Translations under genes and position numbers: made by a program
Shown here: piece after piece, positions 25,582 through 37,083 of the stretch
Numbering within the stretch: position 1 is the first letter of the stretch
How the letters are laid out: each line of letters starts with the position of its first letter
Notes under the pieces: model-generated
What the model saw: the letters and a program-made list of their open reading frames with translations, nothing else
Told to the model about the DNA's origin: nothing
Database searches by the model: none
NCBI GenBank assembly: GCA_965644495.1
Contig: CBFFSA010000012.1
Span: 310,001 to 374,000, forward strand
DNA: 64,000 bases
Source: Perkinsela sp. CCAP 1560/9
Taxonomy: Eukaryota > Protista > Euglenozoa: Kinetoplastea
Reading direction: 5' to 3'

Positions 25582-26280
25582 TTGCGGTGGTTGTAAAATT
25601 ACCGCTCTACACTCGATTATTGAAAACAAAGTGAACAAAAACAGTGAAAATATAAAGAGGAACACAGTAATATAATAGAAGAAAAAATATAAAGGGGGGC
25701 CCCGGTGGTCCAAAACTGAAAAAAAGCATCAAAAAAATGGGGGGTCCACGGGGGGGGCATACGTCGCGAAATTTTTTTTCGAATTTTTTGCTTTGCAAAA
25801 TCGAGCGCAGGGAAGTGGTAGAGTAGGCCGCGGCGATAATTTTCCACCCCCCCTGCGGGTACCCCCCCTGGTACGCGCAGGAGGGGTCCGACAAGGTCAA
25901 AATTTCCGAAATTTTTAGGGTGACCAAAAAAAAAAATTTGACGCAAAAAAAAGGAAAAATATTATTTTTCCACAATCGACTCCTAAATCGTATTTTAAGA
26001 GTTTGGGACCTCAGCTACTAATCTACGGCGTTTTTTGCGACAGATTCGACTCCTGCCCCTACTGGGAAGGCATCCAAAACGGCCCAAATTCGGTGTAAAA
26101 TTTCGCAATTTTTGCCGAAAAATCGAGCTTTTACTCCCAAAAAAGTAGATTATTCATCATCTTTTTGCGATTTTCTTTTTTAGGCTCTTCGTTAAACGCG
26201 GTGGTAGTTTTCAACGCGAAGCGCGCAGCATGAGTGACTTCTAAGTTGAAAACAACCACCGCGTTTAACGAAGAGCCTAA
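25582..26280 (+). mobile_element. Full-length palindrome-ended element (subfamily A)
   Basis: Starts TTGCGGTGGTTGTAAAATTACCGC; ends in the 99-bp palindrome 26181-26279; flanked by A and T. Confidence 0.9.
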
Positions 26281-26300
26281 TAATGTCTTATCAGAAACAT

Positions 26301-27409
26301 TTATTGCTTTTTATCTGCAGATCGGTCTTTTGCGTCGATTGAGGGACAATCCGATTTGTGATGACCTGCACCGCCACAACCGTAACACAGAAACGGACGA
26401 CCACGTTCTTCAAAGCCGCGCGACCAAGTGCGCCGCGGAACATTGTCTGCAAAGCATTGAACTTCTTGTTTCTGCTGCTGTGGAAGCGTTGTCATGGGAC
26501 GGAGAGAATATGCTTCACTCACTGGTTCCCAACCCTTTATCATAAAGGAGCCCTTTATCGTACGTGCGCTTTCTTCAAAGCGCAACTTGAGGTCTAAGAG
26601 GTGATGTAGATGTTGTTGTTGCAGTCGACGAGCTTGTAGCTGCCACTTATACTCCAATTTTATGGATGTTGTTTGTTGCTTATGCCGAGCGATTGCTTCT
26701 TTAAGCGTCGAGTCGGCTGAACTTGTTTTCTGAGGAAGGATATTATTCTTGAGATCTCGTCAAATGTTTTTGGGGAATTACCCGTTGCGTTCGAGATTTC
26801 TTGCTTATCCCTCCCTGTAAGTATCTTGGAATAGGTTGGACGCATTCGGTCAACGGCCGCAAATTTCGTAAAAAGGCTGGAAGCATGGACCCGAAAGGGA
26901 CCAGTCCAAATACTAGGGGGCTTTGGACGAAGGGCAGCTCGTTTGCTAGTTGCACATTCTCCTTTTAGGAAGTCCTTGTGTGGGGTTGTATGCGGTGATT
27001 TCGCGTTTTTAGACCCTGTAACCGGGAAAGGGCTCCTTATGCTCGCAGGGCCCGCCTTATCTCGCTGGGCATCACGGTTACTGGATTTCCTTGACCAAGA
27101 CTTCTCCCTGGCTTCTTGATTGTTTCCTGATTTATCATGTAGTGGAAGCTTCTCGCTCGGCTTTGCACCCTTCTGGAGAACGCGGATACGATGCTCTCCT
27201 GGGCAATACCGCCCTGTCCTTTCGCTGTCTTTAAACGTAGAAACAAATGACGCCAATGGCTTGAAAAGTTCTGCGTTACTCATCCCTACATTCGAATCAC
27301 GGTTCATTACGGTATAGCACCGCTCGCACTGCTTGTGGAAGCTTTTACTAGGTCGAAAACGACGTCCGCAATCACGACAATTCCACTTGGGAATTCCCCA
27401 AGCGGACAT
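26301..27409 (-). pseudogene. Gag-like ORF with a CCHC zinc knuckle, one frameshift
   Basis: N-terminal CxxC...CxxC and C-terminal CYGCGGAGHHKSDC. The two ORFs join by a shift at about 26700-26760. Confidence 0.6.
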
Positions 27410-27419
27410 TTAATAGGAA

Positions 27420-27973
27420 TTTCAGTGGTTGTAAAACTGCCGCTCTACCCTCAATTATTAAAAAAAAAAGTGAACAAAAACAGTGAAAATATAAAGGGGA
27501 ACACAGTAATATAATAGAAGAAAAAAATATAAAAGGGGGCTCCGATGGTCCAAAATTGAAAAAATTGAAAAAAATGGGGGGTCCAGGGGGGGGGTCATGG
27601 TCGAGCAATTTTTTTCGAAAAAATTAGTTTTCGAAAAAAAAACCGCAGAAAGGGTAGCCGGGGTCTTGGCGCACATTTTCCACCCCCCTACCCGGGGGTG
27701 ACCCCCCGCGTATCCGCAGGACGGGTCCGCCAAGTTCGGATTTTTTCGGAAATGTCGGATTTAGTGCTCTGACAGCAAAAATACGCGAAAATCACCCCAT
27801 TTTTACCCGAAATTCGGCTATTTTTGGCTATAATCTTTCCGTTTTCCAGGCTAAATTTTCTTTTTTAGGCTCTTCGTTAAACGCGGCGGTAGTTTTCAAC
27901 GCGAAGCGCGCAGCATGAGTGACTTCTAAGTTGAAAACAACCACCGCGTTTAACAAAGAGCCTAAAAAAGAAA
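27420..27973 (+). mobile_element. Palindrome-ended element (subfamily B, internally deleted)
   Basis: Both ends present; palindrome 27866-27964. Confidence 0.88.
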
Positions 27974-28499
27974 TATAAAATTATGTAACACAACAAATAG
28001 TCAACAATTTATATACATTGTATATGTACATTGTATATAAATTATAGTGCTTAGAACGACTTTTAATGGAAATTTGGTCGAAGGGAACATTTGTTTTGAA
28101 AACGCGTATTTTTGGGTACAGTTTGAGTGCAGGTGACCCAAAGATTTTTTTTCTACATATTTTCTATTTCTTGTCAACGTTCAACGTCAAAATCAACGCG
28201 AAAATGAGAATAGAAATAAAACAAATCCTTTCAATGTTCAATTACGAGTTATGAGAATAGTGACGACCACTGTAAAGTGGAACACTGTACTCCGCCTTTC
28301 ATGTCCACCCACATGTCGTATACTCCCCCTTTCATAATTCTTTATAAGTGCGAGCCCAAGATGATTCATCGTTTTATATAAATTTATATAAAACTTGAAG
28401 GCGATTGCAAAACACTAAAAGAGCAGGATAAAAAACGGAGCCCGCGTATTTCTCATCCTTGATGGATCGATTCGCGTATCAAGAATATACATTTTAATA

Positions 28500-29190
28500 T
28501 CATGGTTGAGCAATTTTTTTTTTTTTAAAATTGGTTTTCGAAAAAAAACCGCAGAAAGGGTAGCCGGGGTCTTGGCGCGTATTTTCCACCCCCCTACCCG
28601 GGGGTGACCCCCCCGCATATCCGCAGGACGGGTCCGCCAAGTTTGGATTTTTTCGGAAAATTCTTTTTGCAAAAAAATTCAACTTGGCGAAAAAAATGGT
28701 AAAAAAAGCATATTTTCCCAAAATCGTTTCACCTATTGTATTTTGAGAGTTTGGGACCTATACTAGCTTTCTACGCCGTTGTTTCGCAAGATATCACTTC
28801 TTGGAGGCGTGGTACGCCTCCCAAAATGGCCCGTTTTTGACCACCAAATGCGAAAAAAGTAATTTTCGAACCCAAAGGGGTCTTTTCGTGTGGTAACAAT
28901 GGTGTGGTTGGATTCGCATTATCTACCCATTACGTTCCGTAGCCTTGAATGCATGCCTACGAGGGATTTCCCGCACACTAATGTCGAATTCAGTGCTCGA
29001 TACGATAATATGGCCCTATTTTTTCCTAAAAATTGGTTATTTTTGACTCAAATCCTTCCGGTTTCTTCGGCTTTCCTGGCCAATTTTTTTTAGGTTCTTC
29101 GTTCAACGCGTTGGTAGTTTTCAACGCGAAGCGCGCAGCATGAGTGAATCCTAAGTTGAAAACAACCACCGCGTTTAACGAAGAACCTAA
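28500..29190 (+). mobile_element. Palindrome-ended element (subfamily B, 5'-truncated)
   Basis: Palindrome 29091-29189 with TAGGTT/AACCTA changed in both arms. Confidence 0.88.
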
Positions 29191-29276
29191 TATAATTAAA
29201 CATTCAATAATATTAGTCGGCAGTATATCTTAACAATTTCAACAGTCACCTCACAGATTTCTATGAATTATTATTC

Positions 29277-29897
29277 ATGCTTCTGCTTCTTGCACTTCAC
29301 ACATCGGATACACAATCGACACATGCTGTACATCGAGGAAAGGTTACCGGAGCTTCACTACCAGTGGAATTTGATTTAATGCGACTCACACAGAATGTTG
29401 AGAATCCCGACACTACATGGAGTACGAATACAACAGCGTGCATGTGGCGGGGGATAGCGTGCAATACGGCTGATGAGGTGATCACTATTGACTGGATAAA
29501 CTTCAAGCTCCGCGGTGAGCTTCACCTGAAATATTTTCCCGTGACTTTGAAGAGGCTCTATATCCATCATAATATTTTTTCAGGAGATTTTTCCTTCGAA
29601 ATATCACCTCCAGTACTCGTATCTATGATAATAGCGGGTAACAATTTCAACGGCACTCCAAATTTTTGTAGCCTGCCTCCTATGCTAGAATATCTTTCGA
29701 TGAGTAATAATAAATTTGAAGGTCGCGTTGATTTTTCTTCCCTTCCTTTAACCTTGAATGAAATGTATCTGAACTCTAATCTGAAGTTGCAGGGAACTTT
29801 GGATGTTAGCGGAGTATTGAAGAATTTGTATTACAATGTTCAAGCGACACAAATTAAGGTCAGTAGTGGAAACCTTTATCGCTTTAAATGGTCGTAG
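29277..29897 (+). CDS. LRR family copy 5
   Basis: Close paralogue of 21945-22547. Confidence 0.9.
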   Translation: MLLLLALHTSDTQSTHAVHRGKVTGASLPVEFDLMRLTQNVENPDTTWSTNTTACMWRGIACNTADEVITIDWINFKLRGELHLKYFPVTLKRLYIHHNIFSGDFSFEISPPVLVSMIIAGNNFNGTPNFCSLPPMLEYLSMSNNKFEGRVDFSSLPLTLNEMYLNSNLKLQGTLDVSGVLKNLYYNVQATQIKVSSGNLYRFKWS

Positions 29898-30112
29898 TCG
29901 GGTTATATTGCACCCTCAGCCTAGTATTTCACTCCTTAGAGCTTTTGTGAACTTTTAACATAAAATCCGGATTCTTGTTAAATAAGAACAAAAGATGTTT
30001 GCTATCCTTCGTAAAATCTTTCCTAGTACGAAAGTTCTCTTTTCTTTAGAAAAGAACTTTTTTTTACTTAAAAGGAACTTTCCTAAAGGGGGGTCTCGTC
30101 TATTATTAACAA

Positions 30113-30670
30113 TTTTAGGCTCTTCGTTAAACGCGGTGGTCGTTTTCAACTTAGAAGTCACTCATGCTGCGCGCTTCGCGTTGAAAACTACCACCGCGTT
30201 TAACGAAGAACCTAAAAAATAAAAATCGCCAAAAGATCATCAACAATCTATTATTTCGAGTGAAAAAGCTCTTTTTTCGGCGAAGATTGCGAAATTTTAC
30301 ACCGAATTTGGGCCGCTTTGGATGCCTTACCAGTAGGGGTAGAATGCGAATCTGTCGAAAGAAACGTCGTAGAATGGTAGCTGAGGTCCCAAACTCTCAA
30401 AATACGTTTTAGGGGTTGATTTTGGAAAAATATTGTTTTTACTTTTTTGGGATCGAATTTTTTTTTTTGGTCATTCCAAAAATTTCGGAAAATTTGACCT
30501 TGTCGGACCCCCCTGCGCGTACCAGGGGGGGTCACCCCCAAATATGGGGGTGGAAAATCATCGCCTCGGCCTACTCTACCACTTCCCTGCGCTCGATTTC
30601 GAAAATCAGGATTCTGAAAATTTCAAAAAACGACGTACATATACCCCCCCTGGACCCCCCTTTTTTTTGA
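30113..30670 (-). mobile_element. Palindrome-ended element (subfamily A, 5'-truncated)
   Basis: Palindrome 30116-30214 followed by reversed body. Confidence 0.88.
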
Positions 30671-31002
30671 ATACTTTTTTATTAGAACGATTATCTATTT
30701 GAAGCGCTTATTTGTGAAATTGTGATGGCAAGTATCTAAGATAACAACTTTTACTCCCCTCCAAGTTCACCAGTTTCACATCCATAAGTAATTATAATTA
30801 TAAATTCAAAAAAATTATAATTTATACTTATAATTACTTATGGAGGGGGGAGTAGGTACGCCGGCCCCTCACGCACGACCTACCCAGACCAAGCAAAATC
30901 TTCATCACAGGTTTAGTGTTTCCACGCGACGCTAAGATAAGCTCCGACTCGAACGAACTTACAAAGCGCCCGCACCGCCCCTCTCTATAATTCTCTATAA
31001 TT

Positions 31003-31602
31003 TCAATAAGGTATCTTCTCACCTTTATACTCAATAACCATTCTCAGTCGCTTTTGAAATGACGCGTGGAGTTTGGCGCACTTCGTCCGACGCGAAGTAA
31101 GCATTACATGATTCAATAATTTCTTACCTAGTTCGTGGCCGCTTCTTATTTTTGAAGCGCTTTACTACGTCCCAAAGATTCTCTATCGGGTTGAGATCAG
31201 GGGAGTCCGCTGGCCAACGAAGAAAAGGTCCATCTTCCTCTGCTTGCAGTAAGCGTAGCACGGTAAGATCCCCGCGAGCTTCCCACCACTGCATCGTATC
31301 CTTCGCTCGATGCCCAGGGGCTCCATCATCCACAGGAACAGAATTACGGTCTTGGGCCCATGGCGAATAGGTTTTGTCTAATATTTCCTTGCGGTAATAC
31401 AAACTTCCCAAGCCCTTGTTCGGTGGAATGGCTTCTGTTCCTCCTGATGCAATGTAGGAACAATAAAATTCTTCGAACGCGCACCAATGGTACGTGTAAT
31501 TTCCGAATCTATCAAAAGCTCCCCACACCATAACTTGCGTTGGGTGATGAGTGCGATCCATAAAGACGGGAGCGTCAGGGTGCTGCCATGCCTCTTGGTC
31601 TT
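31003..31602 (-). pseudogene. Tc1/mariner (IS630-Tc1) transposase, C-terminal part
   Basis: VMVWGAF, DDGAPGH and WPADSPDLNPIENLW; after a stop and frameshift, KRLRMVIEYKGEKIPY*. Confidence 0.9.
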
Positions 31603-33746
31603 TTTAGGACTCCCGCGCTTCACAGTTTTTTTCTCACTCGTTTCACTAGCGTTTGAAAAAATTTACTGTTTTTGAATTTTTCCGAGGACTTCCAACAAAT
31701 GCTTTTCATGTAGTGCCTTGGAAGCGCACTCTGCTTCTATGAGCCTATTTCGCTCTTCTAATTTCTTTTTAGTGTTGGCTGAAATGACGTTCTCTTCTCG
31801 CAAAGTTGCTAGGTTCTCTAGCGCAATAGCAAAATTTTTGCAGTTTTTTTCTATCTTCGTTTCAAGACGTTTGATTTTGCTTGACAAACGTCGAATTTTT
31901 TTCACATCTGCATATTTTCTTTGCGTGTTATGTTGCGGAGCCTTGTGAACGTCAAGCGACCCTCTTGCCACTGAAGCAGGGATTGGATCGATACTGTCCC
32001 CCCCCACGCGGGTTCCGATTGAAGTTGTGATAATCGGTTTATCGTAGTCGGACAGCTCACCGACAGCAATCAGACCGGTGATTTCCTTTTCTACGCGGGT
32101 TGCAACTGATGTTGTAATTCTCGGGGTGTCGTACAGCCCGCAGTCAGAAACCTCATTCTGTGTGACCTGTGGGGCATCATACCCGTCTGCATCAAGACAC
32201 ATGAGTTTTCCATTCAGAAGGCGGATTAGACCATCTTCTGGATGATATTATTATTATTGGTCAAATGGCGTACGAAATAAAGTCTTATAAAAAAAATGCG
32301 AAAATCTTGAAAAATACGAAATGTGAGCATAGAAAAATGGATAAAAATCACGCAAATATATTCTAGCTGAGTTAATATGGAGATAATGAACGAAAACGCA
32401 CCTTTCTAAGGTGCACAACGGACGTACATGTCGTATCGCGAAGGAATTAGTTAAAAAGCTCCCACGAGCCGCTCAATCAATTGCGGGCAGTGAATGTGAA
32501 CGGGGTGTATATTCGTTTATGGAAATGTTTTATGATTGTTGTTTGGATAGTAGTATCTCGTATGATGTCATGGAAGAAGAAAAAGCATTTTAGTCTAATT
32601 TATGTTAAGATGTTAAGACATCTCAAACGGGGGGTTCAAATGAGGTGCATCATTCAATCGAAATGCAACGTACTAACTCTATACAAAATACAGTTCTGGA
32701 CAATGTACCGTTACAATCTTTTTGTTTCATGCACAGTGATAATCATACATCTTTTTAGAAGTTTTTGCTAAATATCAACAAACTACATAGTTTATGACAC
32801 CGGTTGCGAGGGGTTTCACGGGGAGTGTCTTTATGTCGTATCGGTCCTTCTTTTGCCTGCCTTAATCATGTCCGAAACTGCTGCTCCACACTCTCAAAAG
32901 GAGCATGTAGTAATCGACGTAGCAATCAGTATTCGGTGTAGTAATCAGTAACCAAAATGTTGCGGTGGTTGTATAACTACCGCTCTACCCTCGATTATTG
33001 CAAAAAAAGTGAACAAAAACAGTGAAAATATAGAGGAACACAGTAATATAATAGAAGAAAATAATATAAAAGGGGGCTCCGGTGGTCCAAAATTGAAAAA
33101 AATGGGGGGTCTAGGGGGGGTTCATGGGGGGGGTCTAGTTTTGACATAGGGGAGCTCGCTTCGTATTTCAGAAGATCCTACTGGTGGTCGGTTTTCTTCG
33201 TCCTCTTGGATAAAAGTCAGAAAGCGCGAAGTTGACATGTTCATTTTGCTCGCGAAAAGTGGAAGTTGCGTTCGGAAGAACTTATCATGGTCCTCGGAAG
33301 CCATTACCTGATTTACAGGTTTCCCTCCTTTGGGATGCAGAACATTGGGCGATGGAGGGGGGGGTCTATGAGTACTCACCGAACGTGGAGCCCCTTCGGT
33401 AAATAATTCATTGAACCGACAGTCGACCATAAAAAAATCCTTTTTGCGCCTTTCAAGCCGCGACAGTTGCGTCCTAGTTTACCTGTATGAAGGCAACGCC
33501 CTACTGTGAGCGTTTTTAAGTGTGCGCCGCTGAATTTAATCTCGAAGGCATTGGCGATCGATTCCTTACATGAATAATTTATACCAAACACATCGTAAAA
33601 AGCTAACACATCTTCTTCCGGCTAACCCGATAGCCGAAATGCAGTACATCACGCGATAGTATTGTTATCTTTAATAAATCTTTATATAAATTATACAAAT
33701 TATTTCAACAATTCAGGTTGTTCGCTTCACATTTTCTAAACGTTAC

Positions 33747-34904
33747 ATGTCTCCTCTCCTGCGTCTCAATGTCGGGGGAAAGTTCTTTACCACGCTACGC
33801 AGCACCCTGGAGCGTAGCCCTGTGCTGCTGGACCAACTCGCCCACCTCCCCCGGGACCCGAGCAACCCCTCCGTACCTTTCCTCGACATGGACCCAGCTG
33901 TCTTTCGTTACGTGCTGCACTACTTGCGTACCGGCGACCGTGCCGCGCTTCGTCCTCGAACCCCGCTGTTGGCTTCTGGGATTTACCACACCCTCGCGGC
34001 TTGGGAGATTTTACCGAAATGTATGAAAACAAGCCATGAAAAAACGAGCGAACAGCAGCCCCCGAATCGTCTCGTCGTACATCTCTGCGACCAGTTTCAA
34101 CAAGATGTGGGGGTGAAACGACATGGGATTAGTATTTGCTACGGCTCCCCCGGGTTTGCGGTATCGGCGCTCACCCGGAGGATTCGAAAAGAGCTTCGAT
34201 CACAGCTCGCGAGTACGTACTGGCAGATTCACAAAACCCACGAGCGGGCGGCGTTTTTCCAATGCACGAAGATACCGACCGGAACTGCGGATTTGCTGCT
34301 CACGACGGTGACGCAGCAGGTGATTGAACATACCGAGTCCCAGGGGTACTCGCTGGATAATTCATACGTGACCATGACCCCGGATCCGGGACATTTACAA
34401 ATTCGTCTGATTCTGCATTGTTTGTTGTTTAAACGAGACCGCCCATTGGTACTCGGTGGAGGAAGGGAGGAGATGGAGGACATGAAGGCATCGAGTTTGT
34501 TGGAAACAACGTCAGCACAAGAAGAAGGGGTGGGTGGGGAAGCCAACCCGATTGAGGGGTGGAAATTGGATGATAATAAGGGGACAGAAGAAAACAACAA
34601 AGAATATAGGGCAGGCAGTTCTGAAGCTGCAACGGGCAATGGCGCGCTGCATTCGGATTCCGAAAATATTTATGATGAAAATGGAAATGTCATTCATCCT
34701 GGATCGCTTCCGCTTCCAAGTGGTGCCCCGCAGTCCCCCAAATGGGCGACGCTTGAATCAAAAGACGAAACAAAAGATGTTGTGAAAAAAGAAGGTAGCG
34801 GGATAACGGGTATTGCCCCCACTCTTACTGACGTCGGTCATCAAATTGGGCCCATTCCTCCCAAGATTATGTCCGATCGGTTGGAAGGCATTTGGCCGGA
34901 ATGA
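33747..34904 (+). CDS. BTB/POZ (potassium-channel tetramerisation-type) domain protein
   Basis: LNVGGKFFTTLRSTL...FLDMDPAVFRYVLHYLRTG. From memory, the central domain resembles a conserved trypanosomatid protein; not verified. Confidence 0.9.
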   Translation: MSPLLRLNVGGKFFTTLRSTLERSPVLLDQLAHLPRDPSNPSVPFLDMDPAVFRYVLHYLRTGDRAALRPRTPLLASGIYHTLAAWEILPKCMKTSHEKTSEQQPPNRLVVHLCDQFQQDVGVKRHGISICYGSPGFAVSALTRRIRKELRSQLASTYWQIHKTHERAAFFQCTKIPTGTADLLLTTVTQQVIEHTESQGYSLDNSYVTMTPDPGHLQIRLILHCLLFKRDRPLVLGGGREEMEDMKASSLLETTSAQEEGVGGEANPIEGWKLDDNKGTEENNKEYRAGSSEAATGNGALHSDSENIYDENGNVIHPGSLPLPSGAPQSPKWATLESKDETKDVVKKEGSGITGIAPTLTDVGHQIGPIPPKIMSDRLEGIWPE

Positions 34905-35081
34905 CGTTGCTGTAGTGCTGTGCTGGAATAAACTATGTTGAGATAGTGTGCTTTCAACTTACAGGAAATACAGAACTTAGCATTGTTGTGCCCCCCCCAA
35001 CAGAAAAGAGTTCTCAACGCATTTTTTGACCCTGCTGCAGACCAGGCACGTACGATATTGAGGTAGTCAAAACACTATTTA

Positions 35082-35716
35082 CAGTGCTCGCAAAAATTAG
35101 TAAAACTTTTATTGTAAAATATATAAAAACGTTTTACTAATTAAAAATTCACTAATTTTTGTTTTACTAATTTTTGCACTGCCCCAAAAAATTTGCCAAC
35201 TTGATAAAATCAATTTTTACAGAAACGGTATTTCTGTCGTTTGAGTAGGTTGTCTCCTCTAAGGTCGGCGTTAGTACCATCTGCAAAATGGTAATGCTAG
35301 GGAAGGCCGCGAGGAGGTCCCGACCATGCTTCCCCATGCTGAGTGTGTCAGTCTTCAGTGAAGCGTATTACAAAGAAAATCCTTACAAAGAATATTCCCC
35401 AAAAAGGGATTGACTTTTACCCCCTCCCATACAATGTCCCTACATGAGCATTTTCTTCAATATGAAAAAAATCTCTTAAATACAAGAGAGAAAAACACCC
35501 AAAGAAAATAATATTAATAAAAATCTTGCTCACAGAAATCTTGCTCGCTTTCGTGCGACATAGTAATCTGAAAACTTTTCGTAAAAAAAATAGCATTCCG
35601 AAAAAAAGAAAAAAAGGTAAGGTGTAAAACCTGAATTTTTCAAAATGTTTTACTAATTAAAAATTTACTAATTTTTGTTTTACGAATTATTGTTACACTA
35701 ATAATTGTGTGCACTG
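35082..35716. mobile_element. Tc1-like MITE
   Basis: TA-CAGTGC...GCACTG-TA with subterminal TTTTACTAATT repeats. Confidence 0.7.
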
Positions 35717-35785
35717 TAAATCGAAAAAATCATCACAATGGATTAGCTTTCACATTTCAGAGGTATTTTACTTACCCTATTTCAT

Positions 35786-36973
35786 ACCCTGGATGTGGTA
35801 ATGTGGTAATTTACAACATGTGTGGTAATAGGTGGTAATTACCACATTTTAATTACCCGATTATCACATTCGAAAGCTACTCGAGATTTGACGCGCATTC
35901 GTCGACGTAACAGCTGCAGGAAGCACAGATGGAGTAACCTTTGCCCATGTTCCAATTATTTTACGCATATCTTTGAAAGCAAGCTCCCGTTCGGTTTGAA
36001 CTAGCACAACTTTTTTATAACTATACTGCATGCTTCAATATAATGAATTCTTGAAAAATACAAACATAATACAGGGGGGAAATTAAGTTGTGTCAGCAAA
36101 AGTCGTGTTAATTTCTGGGATTAACACGACTTTTGTTGACACAACTTTTGTCCCCTCCATCAGTGCCAGAGTGTCATGTAATACCCCTGAAACCGCACTC
36201 TCGATGGTCAAGTGACCTTCGCTCCAAAGGAAAGGAGTGAGTATGCACCCATTTTACCAAAAATAAAGAACCATTCTATTTTTTAACATATTTTTTTTCC
36301 TCACCAGGTTTTCGCATTAACACGACTTTTGTTGACACAACTTTTGTTGCCTAGACTTTGGTTGACATAACTTTTCCCCCCAGTGACTCGACATGTACAA
36401 CCTACTCGCAGAACATCATTGATACGAGCTCAGAAACCTGAAGGGACCACTTAGAACCCGTGGTGTTACAATGAAGATACATGTATAGAAGACAAGCGCT
36501 TTTTTTCAAATGATACATTTCGCCCCTCTAAAGTGGGAGAACTGCTACCCTAGTCGCCCAGTCCAAACGGGATATCCAACCTGAAGTTTCGCGAGTATTT
36601 CGGGATCAGGGACTATTTTTCCTATGCGCCCAACTGAGGAGTCTCACGTAGTTCACGAATCAACTCGCGAGGTTTTTATTCGCCAGAGATTCAATCCAAA
36701 CCTCCCATGCAAGAGGAACATGCGGAAATTTTCGCCGGGTCAGCTATCTGCAATTCCTGCATCGACGCCTAATGGTCATCTTCCCCCAGATCTTGCTTTG
36801 TAAGTCTCCACCTGTAAGTAAAATCATGGTCTGCAGCTTAGGATACAAAAAAGCTCCGAATCAGAATTTCATTTTTCGCTCAAATTAGTACATATAGATA
36901 ATGAGGTAATGAAAAAGTGTTAATTACCACTTTAGCACATATTCTGTAATTACCACATTAGCACATCCAGGGT
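35786..36973. mobile_element. TIR element containing a nested palindromic MITE (about 36070-36384)
   Basis: ACCCTGGATGTGGTAATGTGGTAATT / AATTACCACATTAGCACATCCAGGGT; inner 28-bp-arm palindrome 36086-36148; no TSD found. Confidence 0.65.
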
Positions 36974-37083
36974 GTGCTTTAATGTATCTCGAAGACTAGC
37001 ATAAAAGAAGCTTTGCACTTTCTACTCCGAATGTTTCGTATCTTGTCTTTCTTATGGTTTTTGATTTCTATACAACATTTTTC

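Noticed and set aside
26181-26279. Integron attC-like sites flanking LRR cassettes (palindrome contains GTTAAAC/GTTTAAC)
   Set aside because: The core motifs are in the opposite order to attC. The palindrome belongs to a 0.6-0.9 kb element, occurs in both orientations, and is not present once per gene.
25582-26280. DIRS-type ITR/ICR structure or Penelope hammerhead
   Set aside because: The inner arm is not adjacent to a complement of the left terminus, and no CTGANGA...GAAA core was found by eye.
31663-32202. 179-aa minus-strand ORF as the transposase N-terminus
   Set aside because: No HTH or first catalytic D recognised, and it is separated by stops. Left uncalled.
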